Origin: Bacteroidales bacterium
GTDB lineage: Bacteria > Bacteroidota > Bacteroidia > Bacteroidales > UBA4181
Length of the DNA: 64,000 nucleotides
Assembly (NCBI GenBank): GCA_031275285.1
Contig: JAISOY010000173.1
Span: 1,098 to 65,097 of the forward strand
Direction: 5' to 3'
Both the position numbers and the translations under genes were made by a program. Shown one piece after another: positions 1 to 9,766 of this stretch. How positions within the stretch are numbered: position 1 is the stretch's first letter; the number at the start of each line of letters is the position of its first letter. The notes beneath the pieces were generated by a model. The model did not search any database, was not told where the DNA came from, and saw only the letters and a program-made list of their open reading frames with translations.

Positions 1-1
1 C

Positions 2-394
2 TTTCTCCGATGGATATTCAGGTTGTTAGAAAATACCGCTACTGCAGCTATTGCTATTGTCAGCATGATGTGTACTGCCAAATGTCAACGTTTAGGGGAT
101 TTAGCCGCTAAAACATGTGTAATCCGGACCAGGCAAAAGGCGAAGTTAACAGAATTACCTGTAGTGGACTCTAACCATGAAGTCTTCTTTCCATCGGCGA
201 CCCTTCTTAGTGATAAGGATGTATCTTTGATTTCCCAAATCATTACAAACCCTGCCATTGTACAAAACAAGAAAGGGTTAAAGCAATTGGCCGATAAGGT
301 AAAAGATATCACACAAACTCAATCAGAATCCCATGATCTGGTTTATCTGAGAAGGATATTATCCGATTATAATTATTTAGCAGGAAAGCTATAG
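2..394 (+). CDS. hypothetical protein, probable 3' part of a gene entering from upstream of the window
   Basis: The frame is open from nt 2 to the TAG at 392-394. The listed ORF begins at a TTG (23). No recognisable motif. Confidence 0.35.
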   Translation, partial: FLRWIFRLLENTATAAIAIVSMMCTAKCQRLGDLAAKTCVIRTRQKAKLTELPVVDSNHEVFFPSATLLSDKDVSLISQIITNPAIVQNKKGLKQLADKVKDITQTQSESHDLVYLRRILSDYNYLAGKL

Positions 395-397
395 TAA

Positions 398-1153
398 TCA
401 GAAATGTTCAATTAACGGATACCTTTGCCGTGCTTCGGTTAATGAGCAGGCATTAAAATGCCACCATTCCCCGCTGATACTGCGAAATCCCGCATGATAC
501 ATCACTTCTCTGAGTAATTTCCTGTTTTGGACCTGTTGTTCCGTTAAAATACCTTGTTCTAACAATTCAGGTTCATTAGCGACACTTGCTGCTTTGCCGA
601 AGAAATCAAATTCTGTTCCCATATCTATCGGAATAAACAGGCTATCACTAATAGTGAGGTCCACCGCAGCACCGTAATTATGGAGGCTGGTTCTTTCAGG
701 AGTTGCAACATATTTGTGATGACGGGTGTCTTTTACCTGATCCCACATCTCTTTTTGTGTAGCTAATGGGCGGGCAGCATCATAAACCAACAGGCTTAAG
801 CCGGGATAATTCCTTTGTAAGTATTGTTGTGCTTTACTCAACATGACAGCAACATCTGTCTGTAAATACGCCTGGCTAAAATCCTTATAAAGAATTTTTC
901 CTGTAAAATTATCCGTTGTTGCGTATTTTAGCTGTACACCGATGGTGCTGTCCATATCTTGTATATTTACCAATCCCAGACTGTCCAACAAATAATTCAC
1001 GGGTGGTGTCCTTGATTCAGTGATTATATCGGTCAGTAATGTATCTTCGCTTTTAGTGGAAACAATATCTTCTGTATGATTATTCGTTCTTTTTCCCAAT
1101 AGAACAAATAAGAGTATTCCCCCCAAAATAAAAATGATATAATATCTTTTCAT
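398..1153 (-). CDS. D-alanyl-D-alanine dipeptidase (VanX/DdpX-like, peptidase M15D), with N-terminal signal/anchor
   Basis: Zn-ligand motifs SLHNYGAAVDLT and GEWWHFN are typical of the VanX family. Hydrophobic N-terminus. Confidence 0.85.
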   Translation of the reverse strand: MKRYYIIFILGGILLFVLLGKRTNNHTEDIVSTKSEDTLLTDIITESRTPPVNYLLDSLGLVNIQDMDSTIGVQLKYATTDNFTGKILYKDFSQAYLQTDVAVMLSKAQQYLQRNYPGLSLLVYDAARPLATQKEMWDQVKDTRHHKYVATPERTSLHNYGAAVDLTISDSLFIPIDMGTEFDFFGKAASVANEPELLEQGILTEQQVQNRKLLREVMYHAGFRSISGEWWHFNACSLTEARQRYPLIEHF

Positions 1154-4100
1154 TTAGATCTTAACACCGATCATCAATACGTCATCCAGTTGTTCGATAT
1201 TGCCTTTCCAAAGATCAAAGTTTTCTTTGATTACCCTGTATTGTTCATCCATATCACGATTGTGTATGTCTTCAAAAACACTTTGAAGGCGGTTCATCTT
1301 GAATTTTTTTCCTGCCGGTCCGCCAAACTGGTCCGGATAACCATCCGTGAACATATAAATGATATCTCCTTTAGAGAGTTGTAACTCAACCTGTTCAAAT
1401 GTTTTATTCCTTAGCTGCTGACCACCTATTGAAGAATGGCTACCCTTATATGTAGTAGGAACTCCATCGTGATAAACCACAAAAGGACGCATTGCGGAAG
1501 AAATCCGGGTAAAATATGTCCGGGTATTGATTTCGCAGACGACAATATCCATACCATCATTAGCCTGTTCAGATTCCTGATTCTGGTTAAGGGTTGATTG
1601 TATATTTTCATCCAGACGGTAAAGGATCTCTTTAGGGGTTTGAATTTCAGGGCGCATTACAATGTCTTTGATCAGTGTGGTTCCGATAAGAGACATAAAT
1701 GCTCCTGGAACCCCATGGCCGGTTGAATCGGCACAAACGATCAACAGGCATTCTGTTTCCGGAAAATATTCGAACCAGTAAAAATCACCACTGACAATGT
1801 CGCGTGGCCGGTAAAAAATAAAAGCACCGGAACAATTCTCCAACAAAGTTTTAGTAGAAGGAAGCACACTGAATTGGATACGTTGCGCATAATTGATACT
1901 ATCCGTGATATCCCTGTTCTTTTCTTCAATTTCTTCTTTTTGTTCTAAAACTTCCTTGGTACGTGCATCCAGCTCCCGTTCCAGATATTCCTGTTGAATC
2001 CTGTGGTTGCGTTCGCGAATGGTAATGATGATATAGACGATACCCACTAAGATCCCTATTACCAAAAGAATAAACCACCAGGTTTTCCAGAAAGGTTTAT
2101 TGATTTTTAATGTGAACAACAAAGTGGGATCAGTACAATCGTCACCATTACAGGATTTTACCCAGAACTTATATTCTCCATCCGCTAAACTGGGATAGAT
2201 GGCAAAGTTAAAACTTGAAAGATGCGACCATTCTTTTTCGAATCCCTCCAAAATATATTGATAGGTTACTGCTTCAGGATTGCGGTAATGCAATCCTACA
2301 AAATTGAAATGAACTTTATATTTATCCTGGTCATACGGAAGTACCAAAGGCTCGTTTGGGTTAAATGTCTGGTCTCCAATAGTAACGTTGATCAGATTAA
2401 GGATCGGTGCCTGATTGATGCTCTCATCAGCATTGATATCGTATAACAATACACCATCAGTAAGGCCTACCATCAATTCATTGCTTTCGTTCACCAACAT
2501 GGTATTCGGATTAACATCACCTGTAATTCCATCTTCTTTTCCATAAGTGGTAATGGTAAGTTGCTGGATATTTATGCGGCTTAATCCCTGGCGATGTCCA
2601 ATCCATACATGGTTATTTTTGTCTGATGATATCGCATAACAATAGTCGGATTTTAAACCGTCAAGTGAGGTAAAATGATATACGGTATCATTTTTCCTGT
2701 CGAACATGTATACCCCGTTGCCGTCTGTTCCGGCCCATATATTTCCAAGGCGGCCTTCGGTAATGGATGTAAATTCAACTTTTGCATCTCCTTCAACGGT
2801 AAGCCTGTCTTCTTTCCCGATAACAGACAGATTGTTTTGATGGCCAAGAAGTTTATTGATGCTTATCACAGAATTACTGCTGGTGGCAATCCAGACAATA
2901 CCTTTTGAGTCTTTGTAAATATCCTTGATGTTGTTATGAGGCAAACCATTAAAGGTATTGATTACTTTTGATCCGCCGGTTTGGGTATTAATAATGACTA
3001 CCCCGTTACGCGAGGCATAGACAATACTGTCGTTGACGGATGTGATGGCTTGTATGGTATTGGATAAGGAATTTTCGGAGCGATAATACGGAAGAACTTC
3101 CCGGGAATCCTTTGGTAACCTGAAAAGACCGCTTTTTTCCGTACCAATCCATAAATTTTCGTGTTTATCCATATGAAGTGCCGTAATACGATCATTTGGA
3201 ACACCATTGGCCTGGTTCAGGATAATATGTGATTCGTCCGGGTTCGGAGCAAATTTTACTATAGCGCCTATACCTGCCGCCCAATATGCCGTATTGTCCT
3301 TGGAATATATTGCTGAAGCGTTGTTCCACACATATGGGATTTTTTCCAAAAAGGAAATGGAACGATTAGTTAGAGAAGAGACCCCTTGCATAGTACCTAC
3401 CCACAGATTTTGCTGATTATCGAAAAAAACCTGCTTGACGAAATCACTTCCTAATCCGTTTTCATAGTTATAATTGTACAGGTTCTCAGTGACCAGTTCG
3501 TGGGTGTACTGTACACGGAAAAGCCCTTTCCCAAACGTAGAGATCCATAGGTCATTTCGATCATCCTCATTGACAGACTGTACACTGGCGTCTTCAATCA
3601 CAGGGATGTCCATCTTTTTGATGATCAAGTCATCTCTAACAGATTTTATGCTGTAAATTCCGTCTTCTTCTGTTGCTACCCAAAAATTATCCTGTGAGCC
3701 TGGAATGACAGACCGGATCAGTGAATTCGGAACATCTACCCTTTTTATAAGGGATAAGTTATCTTTTTCATCGTCATATCTGTAAATGAATAAACCATCG
3801 AGACATCCGATAAACAGACGGTTTTCATCAATAAAACATATGGAATAAATAATCTTATTAGTCGTATCCAGGGTAAGATAAGTCACCTTTTTTTCTGAAA
3901 TACGGACGATAGAACCATTCAGGGTTGTAGCCAGGATATCTCCTTTAGGGGATTGGATGATCTGGGTGATTTCAGAGTTTTTTGATGTATCTTCTAATGA
4001 GAAATTTAAGCCATCATATTTAAGAATGAGTCCGTCGTCATATCCAAACCAGAGATTCCCGGATTTGTCTTTAAATGAAGCAGTTACATTAAGAGTTGGT

Positions 4101-4336
4101 AATTCCTGCTCAGGTGTTGTAAATTCAATTCCGTCATAACGACATAATCCCAACCCGGAAGCGAACCAGATGAAGCCATATTTATCCTGAACAATTGAAT
4201 TAATGGTATAATGGCAAAGTCCCTGATTTATACCGTAATGCCTGAACTTGTATACCTGGGCATCACTTACATAACAGAATGACACGAAAAATGTGATAAG
4301 GAGAACATTCCGGGTGAGCCTGCTTCTCATTGCCAT
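1154..4336 (-). CDS. sensor protein: periplasmic two-component-regulator beta-propeller/Y_Y_Y region, one TM helix, cytoplasmic PP2C/SpoIIE-type phosphatase
   Basis: 1060 aa. N-terminal signal peptide and repeated propeller-like segments (G..WFGT, GL..Y). TM segment WWFILLVIGILVGIVYIIITI. C-terminal SGDFYW...DSTGHGVPGA...TDGYPDQFGG motifs match SpoIIE/PP2C. Confidence 0.8.
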   Translation of the reverse strand: MAMRSRLTRNVLLITFFVSFCYVSDAQVYKFRHYGINQGLCHYTINSIVQDKYGFIWFASGLGLCRYDGIEFTTPEQELPTLNVTASFKDKSGNLWFGYDDGLILKYDGLNFSLEDTSKNSEITQIIQSPKGDILATTLNGSIVRISEKKVTYLTLDTTNKIIYSICFIDENRLFIGCLDGLFIYRYDDEKDNLSLIKRVDVPNSLIRSVIPGSQDNFWVATEEDGIYSIKSVRDDLIIKKMDIPVIEDASVQSVNEDDRNDLWISTFGKGLFRVQYTHELVTENLYNYNYENGLGSDFVKQVFFDNQQNLWVGTMQGVSSLTNRSISFLEKIPYVWNNASAIYSKDNTAYWAAGIGAIVKFAPNPDESHIILNQANGVPNDRITALHMDKHENLWIGTEKSGLFRLPKDSREVLPYYRSENSLSNTIQAITSVNDSIVYASRNGVVIINTQTGGSKVINTFNGLPHNNIKDIYKDSKGIVWIATSSNSVISINKLLGHQNNLSVIGKEDRLTVEGDAKVEFTSITEGRLGNIWAGTDGNGVYMFDRKNDTVYHFTSLDGLKSDYCYAISSDKNNHVWIGHRQGLSRINIQQLTITTYGKEDGITGDVNPNTMLVNESNELMVGLTDGVLLYDINADESINQAPILNLINVTIGDQTFNPNEPLVLPYDQDKYKVHFNFVGLHYRNPEAVTYQYILEGFEKEWSHLSSFNFAIYPSLADGEYKFWVKSCNGDDCTDPTLLFTLKINKPFWKTWWFILLVIGILVGIVYIIITIRERNHRIQQEYLERELDARTKEVLEQKEEIEEKNRDITDSINYAQRIQFSVLPSTKTLLENCSGAFIFYRPRDIVSGDFYWFEYFPETECLLIVCADSTGHGVPGAFMSLIGTTLIKDIVMRPEIQTPKEILYRLDENIQSTLNQNQESEQANDGMDIVVCEINTRTYFTRISSAMRPFVVYHDGVPTTYKGSHSSIGGQQLRNKTFEQVELQLSKGDIIYMFTDGYPDQFGGPAGKKFKMNRLQSVFEDIHNRDMDEQYRVIKENFDLWKGNIEQLDDVLMIGVKI

Positions 4337-4345
4337 GTAATTATA

Positions 4346-5329
4346 TTAATTATTAGGACTGCTTATTTTCCGTCCTCCGATAGTGGGTTTATATTTGGGA
4401 ACGCCACCAATAGGAACCGAGAAGAATATCATTTGTTCACCATATTGGTTCTGTATATTGATGACCACATTATTGTTCTTTATTACATTGGTTTTTCTTT
4501 TGATGAATTGGAAATCAAGGGATTTTCCTTTTTCTCCGTCCATAATGATGAACTCGCTTTTTGCCCATACCGCATCACCGGAAACATCGCAATTTTTTTC
4601 CCGCCTGACTTCTGATGTAACACGGATATGACCATCATTATCCCAATCAAAATTCGATTGCATTATTTTGGTTGTTTTAGGATCTACATATGGATAAATG
4701 TGCGATACCTCTTCCGGGTTATCATGCATACGGAAAGAGTATTCGTATGCAAAGGCATTACCTCCTTCGATGGCGATATTTTCACCGGGAGAGGTACTGA
4801 GGAAATAACGATAAAGATTTCCGTCATCACCATCGATTCCTTCACAGACTACTTTAAAAATATAACCGCCGAAATCAGGGACAAGCTCTCCCTGTGTAGG
4901 ATTGAACGGCCCAAAGGTGAACCAGTTATTGTCATATTTGGGGTCAATCCCGAATGTTTTGGTGGCCAACAGATTCCCACTTTTCACATCTCCCTCCGGG
5001 TGAATATCTTGTGCCTTAGGGTTCGTATAAGCTTCTTTTCCACCGTATACGGAATATTGCATTTTGGTATCAAAAGTACCGTTTATTTCATCGTGCATTC
5101 CTCCTACATCGGGATCGAATACCCGGATAAATACCAATCCTTTATATGATTCGGGAACAATAAAAAAGAATGTTTGCGAGTAATCATCATCTCCCCAGCT
5201 AATTTCAGCTTTATTCCCGAATGTCATCAGGAATGGAATATTTTCCTCATCAGAAGGAACTCCCTGGGCGTATATATCCAACCCGATAAAAAATATAATA
5301 AAAAAAATAAAAAACTTCTTCACCCTCAA
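4346..5329 (-). CDS. secreted hypothetical protein, co-oriented 9 nt upstream of the SpoIIE sensor
   Basis: 327-aa ORF with signal peptide (FFIFFIIFFIGLDIYAQG). No recognisable catalytic motif. Confidence 0.55.
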   Translation of the reverse strand: MRVKKFFIFFIIFFIGLDIYAQGVPSDEENIPFLMTFGNKAEISWGDDDYSQTFFFIVPESYKGLVFIRVFDPDVGGMHDEINGTFDTKMQYSVYGGKEAYTNPKAQDIHPEGDVKSGNLLATKTFGIDPKYDNNWFTFGPFNPTQGELVPDFGGYIFKVVCEGIDGDDGNLYRYFLSTSPGENIAIEGGNAFAYEYSFRMHDNPEEVSHIYPYVDPKTTKIMQSNFDWDNDGHIRVTSEVRREKNCDVSGDAVWAKSEFIIMDGEKGKSLDFQFIKRKTNVIKNNNVVINIQNQYGEQMIFFSVPIGGVPKYKPTIGGRKISSPNN

Positions 5330-5480
5330 TCAATTAAATTCAAAAACCCCAAAAAACATGAACACCGGATATCCCTAATAAAATCAGATAATACCCTATC
5401 ATTATTATACGTAATATTTTCAGGAAATGTTACATACAAAATGATAAAATCCCAGAATACCAGACAAAGATGATGCCAGA

Positions 5481-5687
5481 CTAAAAACCTTCATTATCCG
5501 GCCACTCCTGTTGAGAATGTGAGCCGTCACAATATGGTTGATTGTTTGAATGTCCACATCTGCATAGATATATTTCTTCATCGGATACATCTTTTGTTAT
5601 CCCATTCAGTTTGTGTGGTCCTTCTATTTTTATAGGTCCTTTTTTGATAATTATAATATTCGGTGTCTTGGGAGTATTTGTCATCAT
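5481..5687 (-). CDS. CDGSH iron-sulfur domain protein
   Basis: CRCGHSNNQPYCDGSH matches the CDGSH 2Fe-2S signature. 68 aa. Confidence 0.75.
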   Translation of the reverse strand: MMTNTPKTPNIIIIKKGPIKIEGPHKLNGITKDVSDEEIYLCRCGHSNNQPYCDGSHSQQEWPDNEGF

Positions 5688-5689
5688 TT

Positions 5690-6148
5690 TTAACGTTTTT
5701 CCGAAAATCCGGTTTGTGCATGTGCCCCGTCACAGTATGGCTGATGTTTTGAATGAGCACAACGGCATAATGCAGTAATTCCTGATGAACGGAATTTTCT
5801 CCCTTCATTGTCAGAAATTGAATAGGATCCTTTACAGATCAGTGGGCCATTTTTAGCAATCGTAATATCGAGAAAATTATCAGGCTTCTCTGATGATGTT
5901 TCGTGCCCGGTATTTTCATTATCTAAATCTTTGTTCCATTTGTAAGTCAGCGCATTGGTGGGGCATTGGTCAACCACTTTGATGATTTCTTCTGTAGAAG
6001 CACCCTCCATATTTACCCACGGACGTTTCGACGGATTGAAAACAGTCCTTAGTCTCATAAAACAAATGGTAGAATGTATACATTCGGAAGGTCGCCAAAA
6101 TACGGTTATTTCATTATTGGTGTATTCTCTGTTGTTAGGATTGGCCAT
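5690..6148 (-). CDS. divergent 4Fe-4S mono-cluster domain + CDGSH domain protein
   Basis: CRCAHSKHQPYCDGAH is a CDGSH motif. The N-terminal part (ITVFWRPSECIHSTIC...) resembles (4Fe-4S)-binding DUF1271-type proteins. The listed ORF extends to 6238, but a start at Met31 (6148) or Met28 (6157) is more likely. Confidence 0.7.
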   Translation of the reverse strand: MANPNNREYTNNEITVFWRPSECIHSTICFMRLRTVFNPSKRPWVNMEGASTEEIIKVVDQCPTNALTYKWNKDLDNENTGHETSSEKPDNFLDITIAKNGPLICKGSYSISDNEGRKFRSSGITALCRCAHSKHQPYCDGAHAQTGFSEKR

Positions 6149-6301
6149 AATTGTCATTATAAAAAAGGAAATGATTATTCCTGCAGCAAATATAATTATT
6201 TTTAGAAATACAAAATAATACCAAACAATTAAAGTCATATTTAATAAATGTAATCAATTTGATCGATGTGACTCAAGAAAACAATAAGTAGCACTGGTTG
6301 C

Positions 6302-7066
6302 TTAATGCTTTTCCGGTAAATATTTCCAATAGCGGCGGGGAAGAAAATGCATCATTAAACGGGTGTTCTTTCTTTCCGGGATATTGATCGCTTTATAATA
6401 GGTTTTCCAGAGTTTTTGATAAAGGTCCTCATCTTCCGATCTGATGTGGTGGCTTATTCTTCCGTTAAGCTGGTTGAATTGTTTTTCTGTAAGGACAATT
6501 TCCCGGATCCCGGATGGATCAAAATAGATACCTTTATCCCTCTTGGTATCATAGATCACCCATTTTTGATCAGCATATCGGCTTGCAAAATGAGGGGCTA
6601 ATAATGAAAGAATATTAAAAACAGGATCGATGGCAGAAAAAAATAACCCGTCGGATGTTTCCTGGAAACGGACAAAACCCTTGAAACGATGCGCTTCATA
6701 CCTGACCTTTCTGGCGATATTGAATAAATCAAAGGCATGTTCATCGAGCAGGTTTCTGGAATAGTTTCCGGAAGTATCAGCAAATAGTTTTTCGAGGTAA
6801 TAAAATATTTTGAGCTCAATATCCGGTAATTCGGAGGCAAAGGCGGTATATAACATCTGCGATACGCTTGTGCCGGACCGGGTAATGATGCTTTGCCATA
6901 CTCTTTCGCTCTTTATTTCATCCGTGATGATCTGTTTGGTAGTATCGAAGAAGGTCGGATGCCACTTCTGTTCTTTCACGATCTGTACAGGTCTTTCCTT
7001 TGACACATATGACTCAAATACCACAGATAAAAGTCCGTCAAAGCTGCCGTCATACATATACACCAT
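6302..7066 (-). CDS. DUF4130/TIGR03915-like putative DNA-repair protein (partner of the radical-SAM protein)
   Basis: N-terminus YMYDGSFDGLLSVVFESY and C-terminal PRRYWKYLPE are typical of this family. It lies directly downstream of the radical-SAM gene. Confidence 0.75.
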   Translation of the reverse strand: MVYMYDGSFDGLLSVVFESYVSKERPVQIVKEQKWHPTFFDTTKQIITDEIKSERVWQSIITRSGTSVSQMLYTAFASELPDIELKIFYYLEKLFADTSGNYSRNLLDEHAFDLFNIARKVRYEAHRFKGFVRFQETSDGLFFSAIDPVFNILSLLAPHFASRYADQKWVIYDTKRDKGIYFDPSGIREIVLTEKQFNQLNGRISHHIRSEDEDLYQKLWKTYYKAINIPERKNTRLMMHFLPRRYWKYLPEKH

Positions 7067-7083
7067 AGCCTGTAGAGCAAAGA

Positions 7084-8349
7084 TTAAAATAAAGATAACT
7101 GCACATACTGTTGCTGGACCTGTTCAGGTACATGAAGCTTTCTGCGGATGAGGGAAGGAGACAGTCCGGCAAGTTGTGAAGGTAATTCTTTGGTAGTGAT
7201 AAAAAATTTTGCACGGTTCAGGGCTACCCGCATCTTCTTGAGATGCGCCAAAGTAATATGTCCGAATCGTCGGTTATGAACGATTAATTTGGCTGAACGC
7301 ACACCGATGCCGGGAACCCTCAGGATCATCTCATAATCGGCGGTATTCAGATCTATTGGGAAGAGATACGGATGACGCAATGCATAAGCCAATTTAGGAT
7401 CAATATCCGTATCGAGCTGAGGGTGTTCGTCATTAACAATTTCATTACATTGGAATTCATAGAAACGCATCAGCCAGTCTGCCTGGTACAGACGATGTTC
7501 CCGCAGCAGAGGTGCCTGTTTCAGCATGGGCAACCTTTCATCTGAGGCATTAACAGGAATAAATCCTGAATAGTAAACCCGCTTTAGATGCTGGTCATTG
7601 TAGAATCCTGAAGCGAGGGTTAAAATCTGCTTATCATTATCAGAGGTAGCGCCAATGATCAATTGGGTGCTTTGTCCTGCAGGGACAAAATGGGGAGCTT
7701 TCCGGAATTTTCTTCTGGCTTCTTTATGGTCGATGATCGATTCCTTGATCTGGTTCATCGGATGATACACACTGGGGAAATTTTTTTCAGGAGCCAGTAA
7801 CTTGAGGTTGTTTTCAGAAGGTATTTCTATGTTTACGCTCATCCTGTCGGCATAAAGCCCTGCTTCATGAACCAACCCGGGACTGGCGCCCGGGATGGCT
7901 TTCAAGTGTATATAACCGCCAAAACGATGTTCCTGTCTCAACGATTTAGCAACACGGAGTAATGCTTCCATTGTGTAATCCGGGTTCCGGATCACGCCCG
8001 AACTGAGAAACAATCCCTCGATATAATTACGCCGGTAAAAATTAATGGTGAGCTCAACCAGCTCGGTTACTTTCAGTGTGGCTCTGCGGATGTCATTACT
8101 ACGCCGGTTAATGCAGTATGCGCAATCATAAATACAGACATTGGTCAACAACACTTTAAGCAAGGAGATGCAACGTCCATCTTCTGAGAAAGAATGACAA
8201 ATTCCCATTGGTGCGGCATTACCCAATCCTTTCCCATCATTCGGGCGGTTACTTCCGCTCGATGAACAGGAAACATCATATTTTGCCGAATCAGCTAAAA
8301 TATGTAATTTATTTAGGGTTTTGTCATTCATATAATTATATTTCGCCAA
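7084..8349 (-). CDS. putative DNA modification/repair radical SAM protein (TIGR03916-like) with C-terminal helix-hairpin-helix
   Basis: CIYDCAYC is a CxxxCxxC radical-SAM motif. C-terminal ILRVPGIGVRSAKLIV is HhH-like. Confidence 0.85.
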   Translation of the reverse strand: MAKYNYMNDKTLNKLHILADSAKYDVSCSSSGSNRPNDGKGLGNAAPMGICHSFSEDGRCISLLKVLLTNVCIYDCAYCINRRSNDIRRATLKVTELVELTINFYRRNYIEGLFLSSGVIRNPDYTMEALLRVAKSLRQEHRFGGYIHLKAIPGASPGLVHEAGLYADRMSVNIEIPSENNLKLLAPEKNFPSVYHPMNQIKESIIDHKEARRKFRKAPHFVPAGQSTQLIIGATSDNDKQILTLASGFYNDQHLKRVYYSGFIPVNASDERLPMLKQAPLLREHRLYQADWLMRFYEFQCNEIVNDEHPQLDTDIDPKLAYALRHPYLFPIDLNTADYEMILRVPGIGVRSAKLIVHNRRFGHITLAHLKKMRVALNRAKFFITTKELPSQLAGLSPSLIRRKLHVPEQVQQQYVQLSLF

Positions 8350-8542
8350 AAAGACAACTTATTGCAAATAAGCATTAAGAAGTCTTTTGTACATTTTCAA
8401 ATATACAAAAATAATGCGTCCAAATTTCAGTAATTAGCATAACAGAAAATGAAAATATTCTTCGGGGCTTATAACACAAACAGAACGGAATGTTAAATTT
8501 ATTTCTTATTTTTTAAACTTTCCGTTCTGTTGTTTTTTTGAT

Positions 8543-9715
8543 TTATCCCTCTTTGGAAATTGGCTGTGCAAAGGCAACTACATCCTTGTCCGTGATGACT
8601 TTATCGCAAAGGATGATCAATCGTTCTATAACATTCCTGAATTCACGGATATTCCCGGTCCAGTTGATCTTTTGTAATTCGGCAATGGCTTCCTGGGTGA
8701 TCTCTTTAGGAGGCATACCATATTCTGCGCAGATTTGCTTGATGAAATGATCGGCTAATAAAGGAATGTCCTCTATTCTTTCATTTAAAGTCGGAACACG
8801 GATCAATATAACACTTAACCGATGGTACAAATCCTCGCGAAACTGGCTTTTTTCTATGGCTACCTTGAGGTCTTTATTCGTAGCTGCGATAATTCGCACA
8901 TCCACTTTTATCTCCTTATCACTTCCTACGCGGGAAATTTTATTTTCCTGCAATGCCCTTAATACTTTAGCTTGGGCTGATAGGCTCATATCGCCGATCT
9001 CATCAAGGAAAATAGTTCCTTTGTTGGCCGCCTCGAATTTCCCTTTTCTGTCTTTGTAGGCGGATGTAAACGAACCTTTTTCGTGTCCGAATAACTCACT
9101 TTCTATCAATTCAGAAGGTATCGCGGCACAATTGACCTCCACGAACGGTCCGCCTGCCCTGGAACTTTTTTCATGCAGCCACCTGGCGACAAGTTCCTTA
9201 CCCGTCCCATTGCTTCCTGTGATCAGGACACGGGCATCGGTGGGTGCTACGCGCTCAATAATTTCAATAACATTTTTAATGGCAGAAGATTCGCCGATGA
9301 TTTCATATGTTTTATTAACACGGCGTTTCAGCACTTTTGTTTCCGTAACCAATTCCTTCTTTTCTATGGCATTACGGATAGTGATCAATAACCGGTTAAG
9401 GTCCAGCGGCTTTTCAATAAAGTCAAAGGCGCCTTTTTTTATGGCTTCCACAGCTGTATCTATGTTGCCATGTCCGGATATCATTACTACAGGAGCATCG
9501 CCGGGCATGTCCAGGATTTTTTCCAGTACTTCCATCCCATCCATATTCGGCATCTTGATATCGCATAAAACCAGTTCGTATTTGCCTTTACCGAACATTT
9601 CAATTCCTTCGATACCATCGACAGCTGTATCTACTTCATGGTTTTCATATTCCAATACTTCTTTTAGGGTATTGCGAATGCTGCGTTCATCATCAATGAC
9701 TAATATTTTTGCCAT
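8543..9715 (-). CDS. sigma-54-interacting response regulator (REC + AAA+), apparently lacking a C-terminal HTH
   Basis: REC motifs (ILVIDDE, VLCDIKMP). Walker A GSNGTGKE, Walker B IFLDEIGDM, GAFTGA-position loop reads GSFTSA. The protein ends about 20 aa after the AAA+ lid. Confidence 0.85.
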   Translation of the reverse strand: MAKILVIDDERSIRNTLKEVLEYENHEVDTAVDGIEGIEMFGKGKYELVLCDIKMPNMDGMEVLEKILDMPGDAPVVMISGHGNIDTAVEAIKKGAFDFIEKPLDLNRLLITIRNAIEKKELVTETKVLKRRVNKTYEIIGESSAIKNVIEIIERVAPTDARVLITGSNGTGKELVARWLHEKSSRAGGPFVEVNCAAIPSELIESELFGHEKGSFTSAYKDRKGKFEAANKGTIFLDEIGDMSLSAQAKVLRALQENKISRVGSDKEIKVDVRIIAATNKDLKVAIEKSQFREDLYHRLSVILIRVPTLNERIEDIPLLADHFIKQICAEYGMPPKEITQEAIAELQKINWTGNIREFRNVIERLIILCDKVITDKDVVAFAQPISKEG

Positions 9716-9766
9716 CTGTACAAAATTATTATAGTGTTAGTCTCTTCTTACTATTGTCAATATTCA

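Noticed and set aside
8478-8540. 12-bp stem hairpin (AACAGAACGGAA / TTCCGTTCTGTT) followed by a T-run, just downstream of the sigma-54 regulator
   Set aside because: The loop is ~29 nt and the T-run is on the plus strand, where there is no upstream gene to terminate. It may be a weak bidirectional terminator, but it is not confident enough to list as a feature.
9132-9734. 200-aa plus-strand ORF antisense to the sigma-54 response regulator
   Set aside because: Shadow ORF with a Ser-rich low-complexity product, fully embedded in a well-supported gene.
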